From the NCBI RefSeq assembly GCF_006345805.1, contig NC_043000.1, forward strand, positions 24,924,001-24,988,000: 64,000 nucleotides of DNA, read 5' to 3'. The stretch is from Octopus sinensis (lineage: Eukaryota). The notes beneath the pieces are model-generated. The model did not search any database. It saw only the letters and a program-made list of their open reading frames with translations, and had not been told where the DNA came from. Shown in pieces: positions 49,386-62,270 of this stretch. Position 1 is the stretch's first letter, and each line of letters starts with the position of its first letter. The position numbers were made by a program, and so were the translations under genes.

Positions 49386-50271
49386 GTGAGTGGGATTGAC
49401 TCAGTGCACAGCCTTTCCTCACTTTAAAAAAAATCTTCTTGCACAGGCATTGCATGATAACAACATTGATTAAGCTTCGTGCAATGGTCATACTCGATAA
49501 CGAGGGGACCGCGACCATGTATGTATATGTAAGTATGTACACATATATGTATGTATGTATGCATGTGAGTGACTATGTGAAAGTTGACATTCTACATCTT
49601 TGCTTGTCCAGTCTGAACAAGACGACAATATGACACCTACAGTCCTTGATGACAGTAAGACTAAGTTGCTCCACACATTCGGAAAAATGGAATTTAAAAA
49701 AAAGCCTCTTACTTAAGAAACAGGTAAAGGTTGGTGACAGGAAGCAATCCTGACTGTAAAATCTTGCCCTAACTAAATTCCCATCCAACCCATGCAAGCA
49801 TGGAAAACCCCACATTAAATGAACAAATGACTTGCGACATTATCACAGATGCCTACATAATTCAGTATTATCATAGCAGAGAGCTTGCAATACAATGTAA
49901 TGACCAAGAAAGGAGACAGACGCCATGAAATGCCAATTACCAATGTTTTCGAAAATGTATAAAAAAAAAAAGAAAAGCTATTTAAACTTGATGTAGTCAT
50001 ATTTCATGGAAAAGAAGAAAAAAGAAAAATGAAGAAAAACTGAAATTCTACAAAAATGTAGAATATTCAACTAATGAATGTGATTGAAATAGCTGTCGTT
50101 TTTATGGCAAGAACACAGTAGAATGTGCACGTGTGTGTGCATAATTTATGGAAGACAATCCAATGGTCTGATGCTTAGGAGTTTCCATAGCAGGTAGCCA
50201 CTTCTTCAGGTCAGTCAAAATAGGTTCACTCTGACTGGACTGAAGAGGTGTGTATGTGTGTGTGTGCGTGC

Positions 50272-50590
50272 ATAGGCGCAGGTATGGCAGGTGTTTTCTA
50301 CTACAGCTTCAAGCCATCCAAAGCCTTGTGAGTGGATTTGAAAGATGGAAACTGAAAAGACGTGTCATGTATTTGTGTGTGTGTGTGTGTGTTTGTCCCT
50401 CGCCACTGACTGACTGACAACGGGTGTTGGTGTGTTTACAGTCCCACAACTGAGTGCTTTGGCAAAAGAGACTACTAGAACGAGTACTAGAGTTGGAAAT
50501 AAGTACTGGGAGGATTCAATTAAAATCCTTGAAGGCAGTGCTCCAGCATGGCCACAGTCTAATGACTGAAATAGCAATAAGAATAAAACA
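50272..50590 (+). mobile_element. SINE family A, diverged with deleted head
   Basis: Family A homology. Confidence 0.75.
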
Positions 50591-51974
50591 ATCTATACAC
50601 ACACACACACACACATATTAGGAACATGCCACCTGGGTAGGCAAGGTAGGCAGTGCCTACCATGAATAAAATAGATCGATAACAACATTTTCTTTTCATG
50701 GCAAAATATGCACCTAATTCAATAAAATTATGAAGGTTACTCTGAGTACCATGTATAAAGCGCAAAATATTAATTATTTTTTTATAGATTAGGGAGGTTT
50801 ATTTCGGCCCCGCCTTTTAATTTCAGTATTTAATCTACGTATAGTACTGCTGTAGTACACATGCTGCGTACATTCCTACAACAATGTTTTCTTTATGCAC
50901 TATAAAGGCAGAAGTAAATCTGCCTCCAACTCAGTCGCATGCCTGTGTTTCACTTATTTTTTTGTGTGTTTTACTACATAAAGGTTACCAAATTCCTACC
51001 CTGAGTAATTACTGATGGCACGTGCCTAATACATGCTCTTTCTTTCTCTCACACACACACACACCACACACACATATATATAACTGTAAAACTATGAGGG
51101 CTAAAATCCTATTCCATATCAGTTACCAGTGGTTTACCTCTGGTGTCTTATAGTTGTTACAAAGCACCAAATCCGCTCTGATTGAACAAAAATATATTCA
51201 AAGATATCCAGTCATGAGTGTGTACCTAGTCTGCGACCTTTCCCACTCTTCTCACAATCTGAAGCCCAACAAAAGATTATGGGTATGGCCCTTCTTCTGT
51301 GACTTGTTCATAAAAAAAAAATTCACTCTGGCATCATTTTCCATTATGTTTTTCAGTTTTGAAGATGGATGTTATCCTTTCCTTATTTACATCTTAAGGA
51401 TGTGATTTAAAGAAGATTTAGCTGCAATTTCTTGCAGGGGTCAGCAACCATACAGAAGTTCTCTTGTTAGTTCTCATATTCAAATTAGACAAAACTTTAG
51501 GAACTGCCATATATTCATGCTTACCACGTGATACTTTCCCAAAAATGTTAACCCTTGATTCAGGGAAGTATACAAAGGCAGTTTCCAAAAAGTTGATTTA
51601 TATAACAATGGTAAGTCAAAGCTGCCGCTTGTAAACTCGAATCTAAGTCAGCAGTCAAAAGAAAATTGATTTGTTGCAGAGAGAATATTTATAATCTTTA
51701 TAATATTGATTTCATTCTTCGACAAGAAAGTATAGTTAATTGACATCAGTGATTCTTCTTAAAGGAGGCAATGTACAGTCAAGTGACTCAACACCAACGT
51801 TATATCGCTTCATTTATTTTTACTCTAGCATTGGTTATAGATAGAATTAGATGGCGTGCCATGTCTCGCCTGTCTACTCACTGTTGGTAATGGCATGAAG
51901 TAAAATGTATGGCTCTCATTCCTTACTCTCTCTATCTCTCTCTCTCAGATACACCCCTTTCTTTTGGGTCATGT

Positions 51975-52107
51975 TTAACCCTTTAGCATTTAAGTTAGGC
52001 AGAGCTAACCCAAACAGCCTACCAGTTTTATGTCTAAATTGGCCAGATCCTGCCTATTACACCTAACCTGCAATGTCATTTTAAAAATCTAACTGCTGAA
52101 GGGTTAA
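51975..52107. mobile_element. piggyBac-like MITE
   Basis: TTAA-CCCTTTAGCA ... TGCTGAAGGG-TTAA; 9/10 TIR match with TTAA target duplication. Confidence 0.7.
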
Positions 52108-52375
52108 ATATATTACATTTATGTCCCATAGGCCCATAAGGAAGCTTCTATGCAGTCAACCACCATTGTAGGTAACAACCAACTCTGCTACAAATCACAC
52201 ATTGAGTAATATCGTCCAATATATGCTTGAAGATAAGACTGGATCATCAGAGCTAGAACACTTGATTATAATGCTACTCAATCAGAACTTGCTGAGTATC
52301 ACACTATTACAACTACATTTATGAGACAAGTCATTCTCTAAAAACCATCATAATGTTACATATTACATACTTATT

Positions 52376-52688
52376 GTGGAGGCGCAATGGCCCAGTGGTT
52401 AGGGCAGTGGACTCGCAGTTGTAGGATCACGGTTTTGATCCCCAGACCAGGTACTGTCTGTGTTTATTGAGTGAAAACACCTAAAGCTCCACGAGGCTCC
52501 AGCAGGGGGTGGTGGTGAACCCTGCTGTACTCTTTCACCACAACTTTCTCTCACTCTTTCTTCCTGTTTCTGTTGTACTTGTATTTCAAAGGACAAGCTT
52601 TGTCACATTCTGTGTCATGCTGAATCTCCCTGAGAACTACGTTAAGGGTACGCGTGTCTGTGGAGTACTCAGCCACTTGCACGTTAAT
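52376..52688 (+). mobile_element. SINE family D (tRNA head, pyrimidine-rich body, tail type 1)
   Basis: TGGCCCAGTGG A box; body shared with 47661; tail shared with 14520-14685. Confidence 0.85.
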
Positions 52689-53282
52689 AAATGAGCTGCG
52701 AAGTCACTGGTGCCTTTACTACAAAAAACACAAGGATAAACAAGCATGACAACTTCATGTAATCTCCCAATATGCTAAATATAGCAGCCAAGGTGTCTTT
52801 AAATCACTCTCATCTTAAATAATGATACAGTAAATAATGTAGCTGAGATACTCTTGAAAAGATGGGATGATCATAATTGGAATGCTTCTGAGCACAGGAC
52901 TGACCTGGGGCTAAATACCAGCAGCACCACCACCACAACCACCACCAAGAAAAATAGCTTTGCTTTCTTGCCAACATTTCATGCTTTCCACTTCCTTCCT
53001 CTTTCCTTATTCTATGCTTTGATGACGTGAATGGTGATGAGCAATCGTTAGCCTGAGAAATAAACTGTCATCAAGTAACATGATGAATGGATGCTGTATT
53101 TCGTAGAGAACTCAAAAAAGTGTTACGTCTGTGCACGTATACGTGTGTGGATGCATGTGGGTGTATACACATGTGTATACACACACAAGCCATATAGTTT
53201 CAAAGAAAGATGAATGAATTCCAAAGCACCTACTGCATGGAGAACTATATTCTAGGAAAAGATCCTACCTCTTAATTCTTAA

Positions 53283-53690
53283 TTCTTTATTGCCCACAAG
53301 GGGCTAAACATAGAGGGGGCAAACAAGGACTAACAAAGGGATTAAGTCGATTACCAGTGCATAACTGGTACTTAATTAATTGACCCCAAAAGGATGAAAG
53401 GCAAAGTCGACCTCGGCAGAATTTGAACTCAGAATGTAAAGACAGATGAAATACCTATTTCTTTACTACCCACAAGGGGCTAAACACAGAGAGGACAAAC
53501 AAGGACAGACAAACGGATTAAGTCGATTATATTGACCGCAGTGCGTAACTGGTACTTATTTAATCGACCCCGAAAGGATGAAAGACAAAGTCGACCTCGG
53601 CAGAATTTGAACTCAGAACGTAATGGCAGATGAAAGTGCTAAGCACTTCGCCCAGCATCCTAATGTTTCTGCCAGCTCACCAGCCCTTCC
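53283..53690 (-). mobile_element. SINE family B dimer
   Basis: Junction at 53450-53455. Confidence 0.9.
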
Positions 53691-53745
53691 CCCCCCTTTC
53701 CTACCTCTTTCTAAATTGAAACAATGAAACAAAGACTGGCTTCTA

Positions 53746-53960
53746 CATTGTTTTAACATCCACTTTTCCATTCTTTGATAAGTTGAATAGAATTTATTGA
53801 GGCAGATTTTCTACATCCTGATGCCCTTCCTGTCACCAACCCTCAATATTGCCTTTTCCAAGCAAGATAACATTTTCCCATGGCCAGACATGTTTTCACA
53901 GAACACTAGAAATGAATGACACTGCCTAGTGACATTTATAACTATTTTACATTGCCAAGA
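53746..53960 (-). mobile_element. Family G GAT-tailed repeat (GGTTGGTGACAGGAAGGGCATC motif)
   Basis: Related copies at 760-935(-), 6492-6585(-), 14830-15030(+), 20322-20440(-), 49575-49825(+); shares central motif and 3' terminus type with family C. Confidence 0.75.
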
Positions 53961-54016
53961 CATGGGAACATAAACATGCGCACGCACACACACACACACA
54001 AGCGTGCGTACATTAT

Positions 54017-54175
54017 GTCATCATCATCATCATCATCCTCATCATTCAACGTCCATTTTCCATGCTGGCATGGATTTAACAATTTGACTGGAGCTAGCAA
54101 GGCTTGGTTGGGGGCCACATCAGGCCCCATTCTCGGTTTTGGCATAGCTTCTACAGCTGGATGCCATTCCTAACA
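54017..54175 (-). mobile_element. Family C 3' end
   Basis: Family C homology; another copy on plus strand at 55645-55826. Confidence 0.8.
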
Positions 54176-54746
54176 CCACAAGGCTTTGATTTGCTTGAGA
54201 CTCTAAAAGACACTTGTCCAAGGTACCATGCAGCGAGACTAAACTCAAAGCCTTGTAACAGGGAAGCAAACATCTTAAACCACACATCAAAAACAAAAAA
54301 AAAACAAAAAAAAACAGTATTCATGTGAAGTTCTGGGTAAAAAAATTGCAACTGATAGAAAAATCATGGAGCAAAACTACATATTCAACACATCTAAACA
54401 TTTGAAGAGAATTGCATTTAATATGCAAAACTGAAAGAAGACACCAGGAAAGAAAACCTTATCCATATCAATAATCCTTCAAGTGTCCAACTTGTAATTG
54501 AGTTTATCCATCTAAGGGTGGCTTCATTAACTACTCTGGCATGTAGGAACTAAAGCAAGCTACTAAATAGACCATCAGCACCTGCAAGAATATGTTTGTA
54601 AATGATGTAGCAAATGTTTTTTTTCTATTGGCAGTCTGAAGAGAGATATGTTGGGGCAACAATGCCATCTGACTTGATTTTTGCATTGCATTTAACCGAG
54701 AAGAGACATGTAACAGCAGTGGTAAAAGCTGTAAATCATCAGCTTA

Positions 54747-55330
54747 TTTTACTCTTTTACTCTTTTATTTGTTTCAGTCATTTGACTGTGGCCATGCTGG
54801 AGCACCACTATTACACTATCACACTATTACAACTACATTTATGAGACAAGTCATTCTCTAAAAACCATCATAATGTTACATATTACATACTTATTGTGGA
54901 GGCGCAATGGCCCAGTGGTTAGGGCAGTGGACTTGCAGTTGTAGGATCACAGTTTTGATCCCCAGACCAGGCACTGTCTGTGTTTATTGAGTGAAGCAAA
55001 CTGACCCCAGGACTTATTCTTTGTAAGCCTAGTACTTATTCTATTGGTCTCTTTTGCTGAACCGCTAAATGACAGGGACATAAACACACCAGCATTGGTT
55101 GTCAAGCGATGTTGGGGGGAGGGGACAAACACGGACACACAAACGTATACACACACACACATACATATATATATGATGGGCTTCTTTCAGTTTCTGTCAA
55201 CCAAATCCACTCACAAGGCTTTGGTCAGCCTGAGGCTATAGTAGAAGACACTTGCCCAAGGTGCCATGCAGTGGGACTGAACCTGGAACCATGTGGTTGG
55301 TAAGCAAGCTACCTACCACACAGCCACATG
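54747..55330 (-). mobile_element. SINE family A containing a 189-bp templated insertion
   Basis: Family A homology broken at 54807-54995. Confidence 0.9.
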
Positions 55331-56801
55331 CCTATTTATATGAAAAAAAAAGTCATTTTTGCTTTGCAGCTCATTAACACGTGTGTGTGTGCATGTGTGT
55401 ATTTGTGCGTGGGTATCTACTTGAAAAGAAGGTGGATGTTTGTAACAGAAAATATGGAAGAACAAAAAACCTCAGGGTAATAATGATAGAGAAGCATGGA
55501 AAATAGAAACAGAGCAGGAGAGTAATTAGAAATTGGAAACATGTGGTAAAGCTGGTAAAACATCACATGTAGCTCTGTATTCTATTTGTCATATTACACA
55601 ATCCAAGGTACATGAAGCAATAAGAAGCACTGATGTTGGTGCCACTTTAAAATGCATCCTGCACACTCAGTAATGTGGTTGGTGTTTGGAAGAGCATCCC
55701 GCCATAGAAGCTATGCCAAAACGGACAATGGGGCCTGGTGCAGCCCCTGGCCTTACCAGCTCCTGTCAAACCATCCAACCCATACCAGCATGGAAAACAG
55801 ACATTAAATGATGCTGACGATGATGAAAGAGATGAAATCTAGGAATTATGGTATGAAGGTGTGATATTCATGCCTTCTCTTATAGCATTTGTGAGTTACA
55901 TTTAAGCTTAAAAAAAAAACCACTGGCTCATTGAAAACAAACAAAATAATTCACCAGCATGTAGTAAAAAAAAAAGGCAGGAATATAAAAACAAACTTGG
56001 AAATGGCAAACAAAAAAAGAGTTGAAAAATGTGTAGGGGACTGGAATAAGGTAGAAATGAAATAAGAATAAGAGAGAATTTCTTTATTCACCATAAGGTT
56101 GAGAAAAAGAGGGGACGATACGAGGACAGACAAAACAAATATTGGGGTCAGGGTATCGAATGAGACGAAACGTATGAATAAACAAACAATTAAAATATAT
56201 ACAATTAAATGAGAATGAGTGATTTACACAAAATGAAGTGGATGACGCGGTCGACCCTACAAACCACATACTCACACTGAAGACTTTGCTTTCGCCTTTT
56301 TTATATTCTCGTTTAAACAAATTCTTTCACTCGCAACATACTTGCTATAGACTTCCATCTTTTATGAACCACACTTTGAAAAGATGGCTGCTTAAAATAG
56401 CAAAACAAACAACAATACCTTTAGACATAAAACAATGTTCCTTTAAACCATTATTCAAAAGGAATGTTTGTGCTTGTGTGTGATGGTGGTGGGGAAATGT
56501 TTGTTTTTCTTTCAAAAAGCTAATATTACATAACAATACTGATTCCGTGAGGGTGATTTATTTAAATATAAACAGAATTTGACAAAATCAATGAGAAAAG
56601 CCTCCAAAGGTATCCAAAGAAATTGACAGTCTGAATTCAATTGATTATGCATGCATATGCACCTGCATGTGCATGCACACACTGTTCTTTTCAGTTTGGA
56701 ACAAAGACATTGAAGAACCTGCCTAAGATTTCTAAAAAAAACAAGCATGTAAAATACACACACTCACCAATCATCTACAGTCAACCATCAAAAATGTTGT
56801 A

Positions 56802-56950
56802 TAGGCACAGGAGTAGCTGTGTGGTAATTAGCTTACTTATTAACCACATGGTTCTGGGTTCTGTCCCACTGTGTGGCACTTTGGGCAATGTCTTCAAGCC
56901 AACCAATACCTTTGAGTGGATTTACTACACAGAAACTGAAAGAAGCCCAT

Positions 56951-56981
<31 letters not shown>

Positions 56982-57170
56982 AAGTGTTTGTATCTGTGTT
57001 TGTCCCTTTTCCATCACTTGACAACTGATGCTGGTGTGTTTACGTCCCCATAACTTAGCAGTTTGGCAAAAGAGACCAATAGAATAAGTACTAGGCTTAC
57101 AAAGAGTAAAAGGCGGTGCTCCAGTATGGCCACAGTCAAATAACTGAAGCAAACACAAGAATATAAGAAT
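56802..57170 (+). mobile_element. SINE family A
   Basis: Family A homology. Confidence 0.85.
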
Positions 57171-57705
57171 ATATATACGTATGCATATATCTCAGTTGCT
57201 TTCTGATATACGAGCAAAGCCATTGCTAGAAAGAATCACTGAAATGAGTCTCTGATGATGCAATGTGAGGCCCTTATATAACTCTTGAGTCAGGTCAAAA
57301 ATTTGTATAATTTATTTCATAATGCACAGCTGTGCTGGCTGGCAAAGGGAACAGGTGCCACAGTATGAAGTCTTTTGATATGCCTTTTCAATCCTCCAGC
57401 TGTAAAGCACACCTTTCCACAAGTTGCACATGTTCTGTTGTGAACAATAGCCGTATCACAATTTACACACACACATATATATTATATATATTATATATCG
57501 ATACAGGGGCAAACAATTCATGAGAAAAATAATTCATGAAAAATCAATTTGCGAAGATATCATTAATTTTGTTATTATCCAATGCAAGTAATCTAAAAAA
57601 TGATAACAACAGAATCAATAATATAGGTGATTGCAGGCCCCCAAAAAGCATTAAATAGTTGAAAGAGTAAAATTAATCAAACGACATACTAAGTACCACT
57701 AAGTT

Positions 57706-57778
57706 CCACTGCCTGGAATCGAACTCAAAATCTTGGGATTAGTAGACTGCGCTCTTAACCACTACACCATATGACATA
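57706..57778 (-). mobile_element. Solo tRNA-like head of the hammerhead element
   Basis: Aligns with 40468-40538 and shares the same 5' boundary; A box TGGTGTAGTGG, B box GAGTTCGATTCC. Confidence 0.7.
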
Positions 57779-58865
57779 TACCCTGAAAGAGTATTTTTGT
57801 AAAAGACATTTTTTTCTGCCTCTCCATATGTTTCCACTGTTAAATTTTTCCAGGATTCACCATCAAATGACTGCCCCATTTGTGTGTATGTGGGTGGGGG
57901 CATATAGGGCCACATTATCTAATTGGTCCTTTTCTTTTTTGTAGTTAAAACTGTAAGGTGTGATTAGAGGGAGACTTGCCAACTATTTCTAGCAAACCAA
58001 GAGACTGCATCACAAAGAAGTTTCTTCATGTGCATTTTATAATATTTTTGAAATGTTTAAAGAAAACTCACTGACCTTCAATCTTCATGCAGTACCAAAT
58101 TCTAGCAACTGTGTGTGTGTGTGTGTTTTAAAGTATGATTGTGTGTGTGTGTGTTCATGTACTTATGTATGTGATGGTGTTGCAAAAGTATTTTTATTTA
58201 AACAGATTTGGCTGATATTTCTAACAGACAGAGCAACCACATAGAAGCACTCTTATTGGTTTGACATGTGCATGTACGCATGTGTGTAGATATATGTGTA
58301 AAGTAGTATAATAGAGAACACAATCTCTCTGTTACAATTAAAAACAAAATAACCATAGAAATTATAGCAGGATCTATTCTCATTCTAGAATGACTCTAGC
58401 GAAGGAAAAGAACAAAAAAAAAGAGGAAAAGAGAGAGGAAAAGAAAAATTGTGACAACTGAAATTGACAACAGTAACTGTTTCACACCTGACCCTTGACC
58501 TCAATGTCAGCTAAATCGTGTGATGTCACAAATACAGACACATTCAATAGACATCTGAAACAGGAAATACCAAATATAGATATGAAAGAATCCACAACAC
58601 AGCAAGTTTTTACAATGATTGAAGTTTACTTAAAACAAATATTGGAGAACCATCTGAGCCATCTGGAGTTCTTAATGCAAATACATCCCAAATAGACAAA
58701 TTAACTGTGGTGTTTTGTCTGGAGAGAGTATCTCTAACATGGATGCACTGTGTTTAAAAATACAAAAGATGACTTTGGAGCCCAATGTGGCCGTAGCGAT
58801 CAGCAGATCTCGTCAAACTGCCCAACCCATGCCACCACGGAAAGCAGACATTAAATTATGATAGA

Positions 58866-59247
58866 ATGGCTGTGTGGTAAGAAGCTTGCTTCCTAACAAC
58901 ATGGTTCCGGGATCAGTCCCACTGAGTGGCACCTTGGGCAAGTGTCTCTCATTATAGCCTCAGATCAACCAAAGCCTTGTGAGGGGATTTGGAAGATGGA
59001 AACTGAAAGAAGCCTGTCGTATATATATATGTGTGTGTGTGTGTGTGTATCTTTGTGTGTCTATCACTACTGCATGACAACCAGTGTTGGTGTGTTTATG
59101 TCCCCATGACTTAGTGGTTTAGCAAAAGGGACAAACAGATTTTAAGTACCAGGCTTAAAAAAAAAAAAGTACCATTCAACTCAAAATTCAAGGCAGTGTC
59201 CCAGCATGGCCACAGTCTAAAGACTGAAACAAGTAAAAGATAAAAGA
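58866..59247 (+). mobile_element. SINE family A
   Basis: Family A homology. Confidence 0.85.
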
Positions 59248-59436
59248 AGATGATTATAATCAGTAGCAGACGAAAATTGTTCAACAGTAGCAGCATTGAG
59301 AATGCTAGATGCATTTCTGCCTTGTTAGGCTTTGTCAATAGCATTTACTTATTGCCAATTGCATGCTAAGACTGAATATTGAAGCCACTTAAAAATCACC
59401 CCTGGGTTCTATAATATATAAACTTCCTAATTTAAA

Positions 59437-59757
59437 ATTATTTAAATCAAAACCTTCCATCAGAATTTTGTGTTAGTCTAAGTTCCAAACATCAGATTAA
59501 TAATGGCCAAGTTATTCTACTAAATGTTCATTATTTTCAAAATTAATTGAAACAGGCAGTGTGATTTCAGCAGAAATATAAGAATAAAAGGGGTTAAAGT
59601 GATCAAAATTAAAACTTTTCACCGAAATTTCATGTTATGTCCCAAACACCAGCTTAATAATGGTAAAATGCTTTTGCTAAATTTTTCATTATTTCCGAAA
59701 TGAATAGAAACAAAGGCAAGGTATTTCAGCAGAAGCATCGTAACACAAGGTTAATGT
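59437..59757 (+). repeat. Tandem pair of about 160-bp MITE right halves
   Basis: Two diverged units each ending ATTTCAGCAGAA...GGTTAA; related sequence at 28918-29115. Confidence 0.55.
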
Positions 59758-60439
59758 TGTTAAGTTCTAGGTCAGACCAAACAGCATTGTCATGTAAAAA
59801 GTGAGCAAAACAGTTCTTTCAGATATTTATCTTTCGTTATGTATTTTGGAGTTGCATATTATATACTCACACATATATACACACTCATATATTTACACAC
59901 ACATATATACATATATATGTATTCACACATGTGTGAATATGTATATAAATATATATACAAATACACATACATAGATAAGCATGTATCTATAAATATGTAT
60001 ATATACACACACATCTATTTAATGTTTCAATACCATCTCATTATATTTGGAATAACGGCAAATTTTTAGAATTAAAGTTCTAGCATTCTAATTTCCTGTC
60101 AATAGGAATGTCTGACATTCTGTAGAGAATGTATGCATGCATACATACACACACACACATGAATATGCAGCTATATATAAATATATGTATGTTTATGTAA
60201 AAAAACGAGTGTGTATCAATATGAAAATACGTGTTTCAGTTCTCATGAATATTTCATGTTATGACACATATTTTGTGCATTGACTCTTCATACAGATTGT
60301 TTATATTTGTTATCACTTGTTTGCAAACGCATGTATTTGACTATTCGTTATTGAAGATGTAGTATTATAAAAGCTATTACAGTTCTTTCTAGTAATCCTT
60401 ACCATCCTATCTTCATCATCATCCTTTTCTTTACCATCT

Positions 60440-60660
60440 TCATCTTATCTTGGGTGGGTCATAAGGGGTAGAGTTCTCAGGTACCCCCCCTCCCCTAGGT
60501 TCTCTCAGAAGCAGCTGCTGCTGTCATTCGACTTTCCTGCTGGATTCCCAACCATAACCAACTAAGACGATGGATATTACTTAACCATCTCATTCTTGGT
60601 CTACACCTAGGTCTTCTACAAGTTGGTTCAGCTTAAAAGATCTGTCTAACCACATGTCTG
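60440..60660 (-). mobile_element. RTE-like ORF2 C-terminal fragment
   Basis: RHVVRQIF*AEPTCRRPRCRPRMRWLSNIHRLSWLWLGI. Confidence 0.55.
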
Positions 60661-61389
60661 TAACACTGGAGCTATGACCTCACAATGTGACATTCTAATC
60701 AAATGTCTGGTTTAAAGTATAAAATTTGAACTTTAAAAGTTCTTCACTTTGCAACACCTGAGATCATTTCCAATGTTTTAAGAGAAAAGCTAGTTTAGTT
60801 ATTAGGCATATTAGCCTTCATACCTCTGGACTTCAGCTTTATTTGCTAGATTTTTAAACTTACACAAACCCCTGGATGTATTCTCTTACAAGAACCAATT
60901 TAATCATATACTGACTCTTGTTGTAGAGATCTAATTTTGAATTCCAGAGTAAGAACTTTCAGAAAGAAAGCTAATGTAGTTAGTACAGACCATTGATGTA
61001 CATGAAAGTCTTAGAAACTGACAGAATGCTAATATTGGCCTAAAAATACCAAACATAATACAAATAATAAATCTGAAAATTATATTCAACATTTTTTTTT
61101 TTCCAAGTAGGAAGAATAAGTTCAACCAAGTGGATAAACCTAAGTATATTAGCATATATTGTACGTCTCTCTCTCTCACTCTCTTCATTTTACATCTCTT
61201 TCTTTCTTTGGTATCACCAACAGATGGGGGGAATGTAAAGTGGATAATCTCACAACAAAGCATCTTGCTCAGTTCTCTAATATCTGCATAATTTCTGTCA
61301 TGTCGGTATTTCAACTTCTACAGCCAAAGAAATGGTGCAGATTAAAAAGACAGATCAGATATTTTGTGATATCTTGTTAACATTTGAGA

Positions 61390-61655
61390 TACGTTATTTA
61401 CATTTGACGGATATTTGTCCTCATAATGTTTGTTGTTAAGACGTTTTGGCTGATATACCCTCCAGCCTTCATCAGGTGTCTTGGGGAAATTTTGAACCTG
61501 GGTTCTCATTCCTTTTTCGATGTTGTTATGATTATTATTATTATTATTCGATTTGCTCGACTAAAGGTGGTGCTCCAACTTGGCCACAGTCGACTGAAAC
61601 AAAGAAAAGAGTAAAAGAGTAAAGAGTAATTCCTCATCTCTTAAATATAGAACTG
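61390..61655. mobile_element. Rearranged copy of tRNA-hammerhead element (headless, internally inverted)
   Basis: 61390-61548 matches 40295-40460 on minus strand; the terminal 29 bp lie in opposite orientation at 61627-61655 beyond a CORE-SINE tail fragment (61549-61626). Confidence 0.7.
61436..61480 (-). ncRNA. Minimal hammerhead motif, decayed copy
   Basis: GACAC-CUGAUGA-A-GGCUG(GAGGGUAUAU)CAGCC-AAAA-CGUC; perfect 5-bp stem II, GAAA changed to AAAA (consistent with CpG decay), 3' strand of stem I lost. Confidence 0.6.
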
Positions 61656-61765
61656 CAGATATGGTCTGATCAAAAAGTAACATTGTTTATGGAATTAAAG
61701 TGTTTGGAATTAAAGTAAGTAGAGTGTTGTCATCTCATGACATCACAGAAGATTCAACAGTGACC

Positions 61766-61990
61766 ATGGCAGGGAAAATTGAGCAGAGAATCTGCATCAA
61801 ATTTTGACAAAACTTTGGAGTTACCTGTGCTTCTCCCTCTTTTCAAAAATCAAATCCCATTTGAAAAGAATTGGATTTCAAGGCATCAAGGGAATCCAAG
61901 AGAATGCAACAAGGCAACTGCTCACTATCTCAAAAAAGGAGTTCCAAAGAATGCTTCTATCAATGGAAACAACATTGGATAAAGTAAACC
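61766..61990 (+). mobile_element. Internally deleted mariner transposase relic
   Basis: MAGKIEQRICIKF*QNFG (mariner N-terminus) joined directly to LFSKIKSHLKRIGFQGIKGIQENAT (mariner C-terminus). Confidence 0.7.
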
Positions 61991-62064
61991 GAATTGATGT
62001 GTTGTAGTCTTCTTTTTAAAGCAACAGTCCTAATAGTTTCTGATCAGACCACGTATATGCATGT

Positions 62065-62270
62065 TCTTGTTATTGTTTAGTTCTAGGTCAGCTTTTCTCA
62101 AGGGTATTCCAGCCATGATCAACTATTTATGATTATTTTTTTAAACAGTATATCCAAGGTGACAATATTCAATGTGTTCTTCCATTTCTTTGAGATGATG
62201 GGGTGTGATCTGAGGGAGATTTGGTTGTTATTTCTAGTAAGTTAAATAACCTCACCGAAGCTCCCTTGTG
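62065..62270 (+). repeat. Old interspersed repeat family F
   Basis: GGGTGTGATCTGAGGGAGATTTGG..TATTTCTAG motif recurs at 18715-18895, 27515-27570, 51395-51450, 57955-58005 and reversed at 17645-17700, 52770-52918. Confidence 0.65.

Noticed and set aside
50175-50218. CUGAAGA..GGAAA on minus strand
   Set aside because: Weak wobble stem II, no NUH site and no stem I partner
56150-56180. GAAUGAG-AC-GAAACGUA
   Set aside because: Core lacks CUGA, and stem II and stem I are absent
57706-57778. Functional tRNA gene
   Set aside because: Acceptor and anticodon stems do not pair fully; matches the head of a repeat family
58495-58695. 66-aa repeat-free ORF
   Set aside because: No recognisable homology or flanking splice signals; length expected by chance
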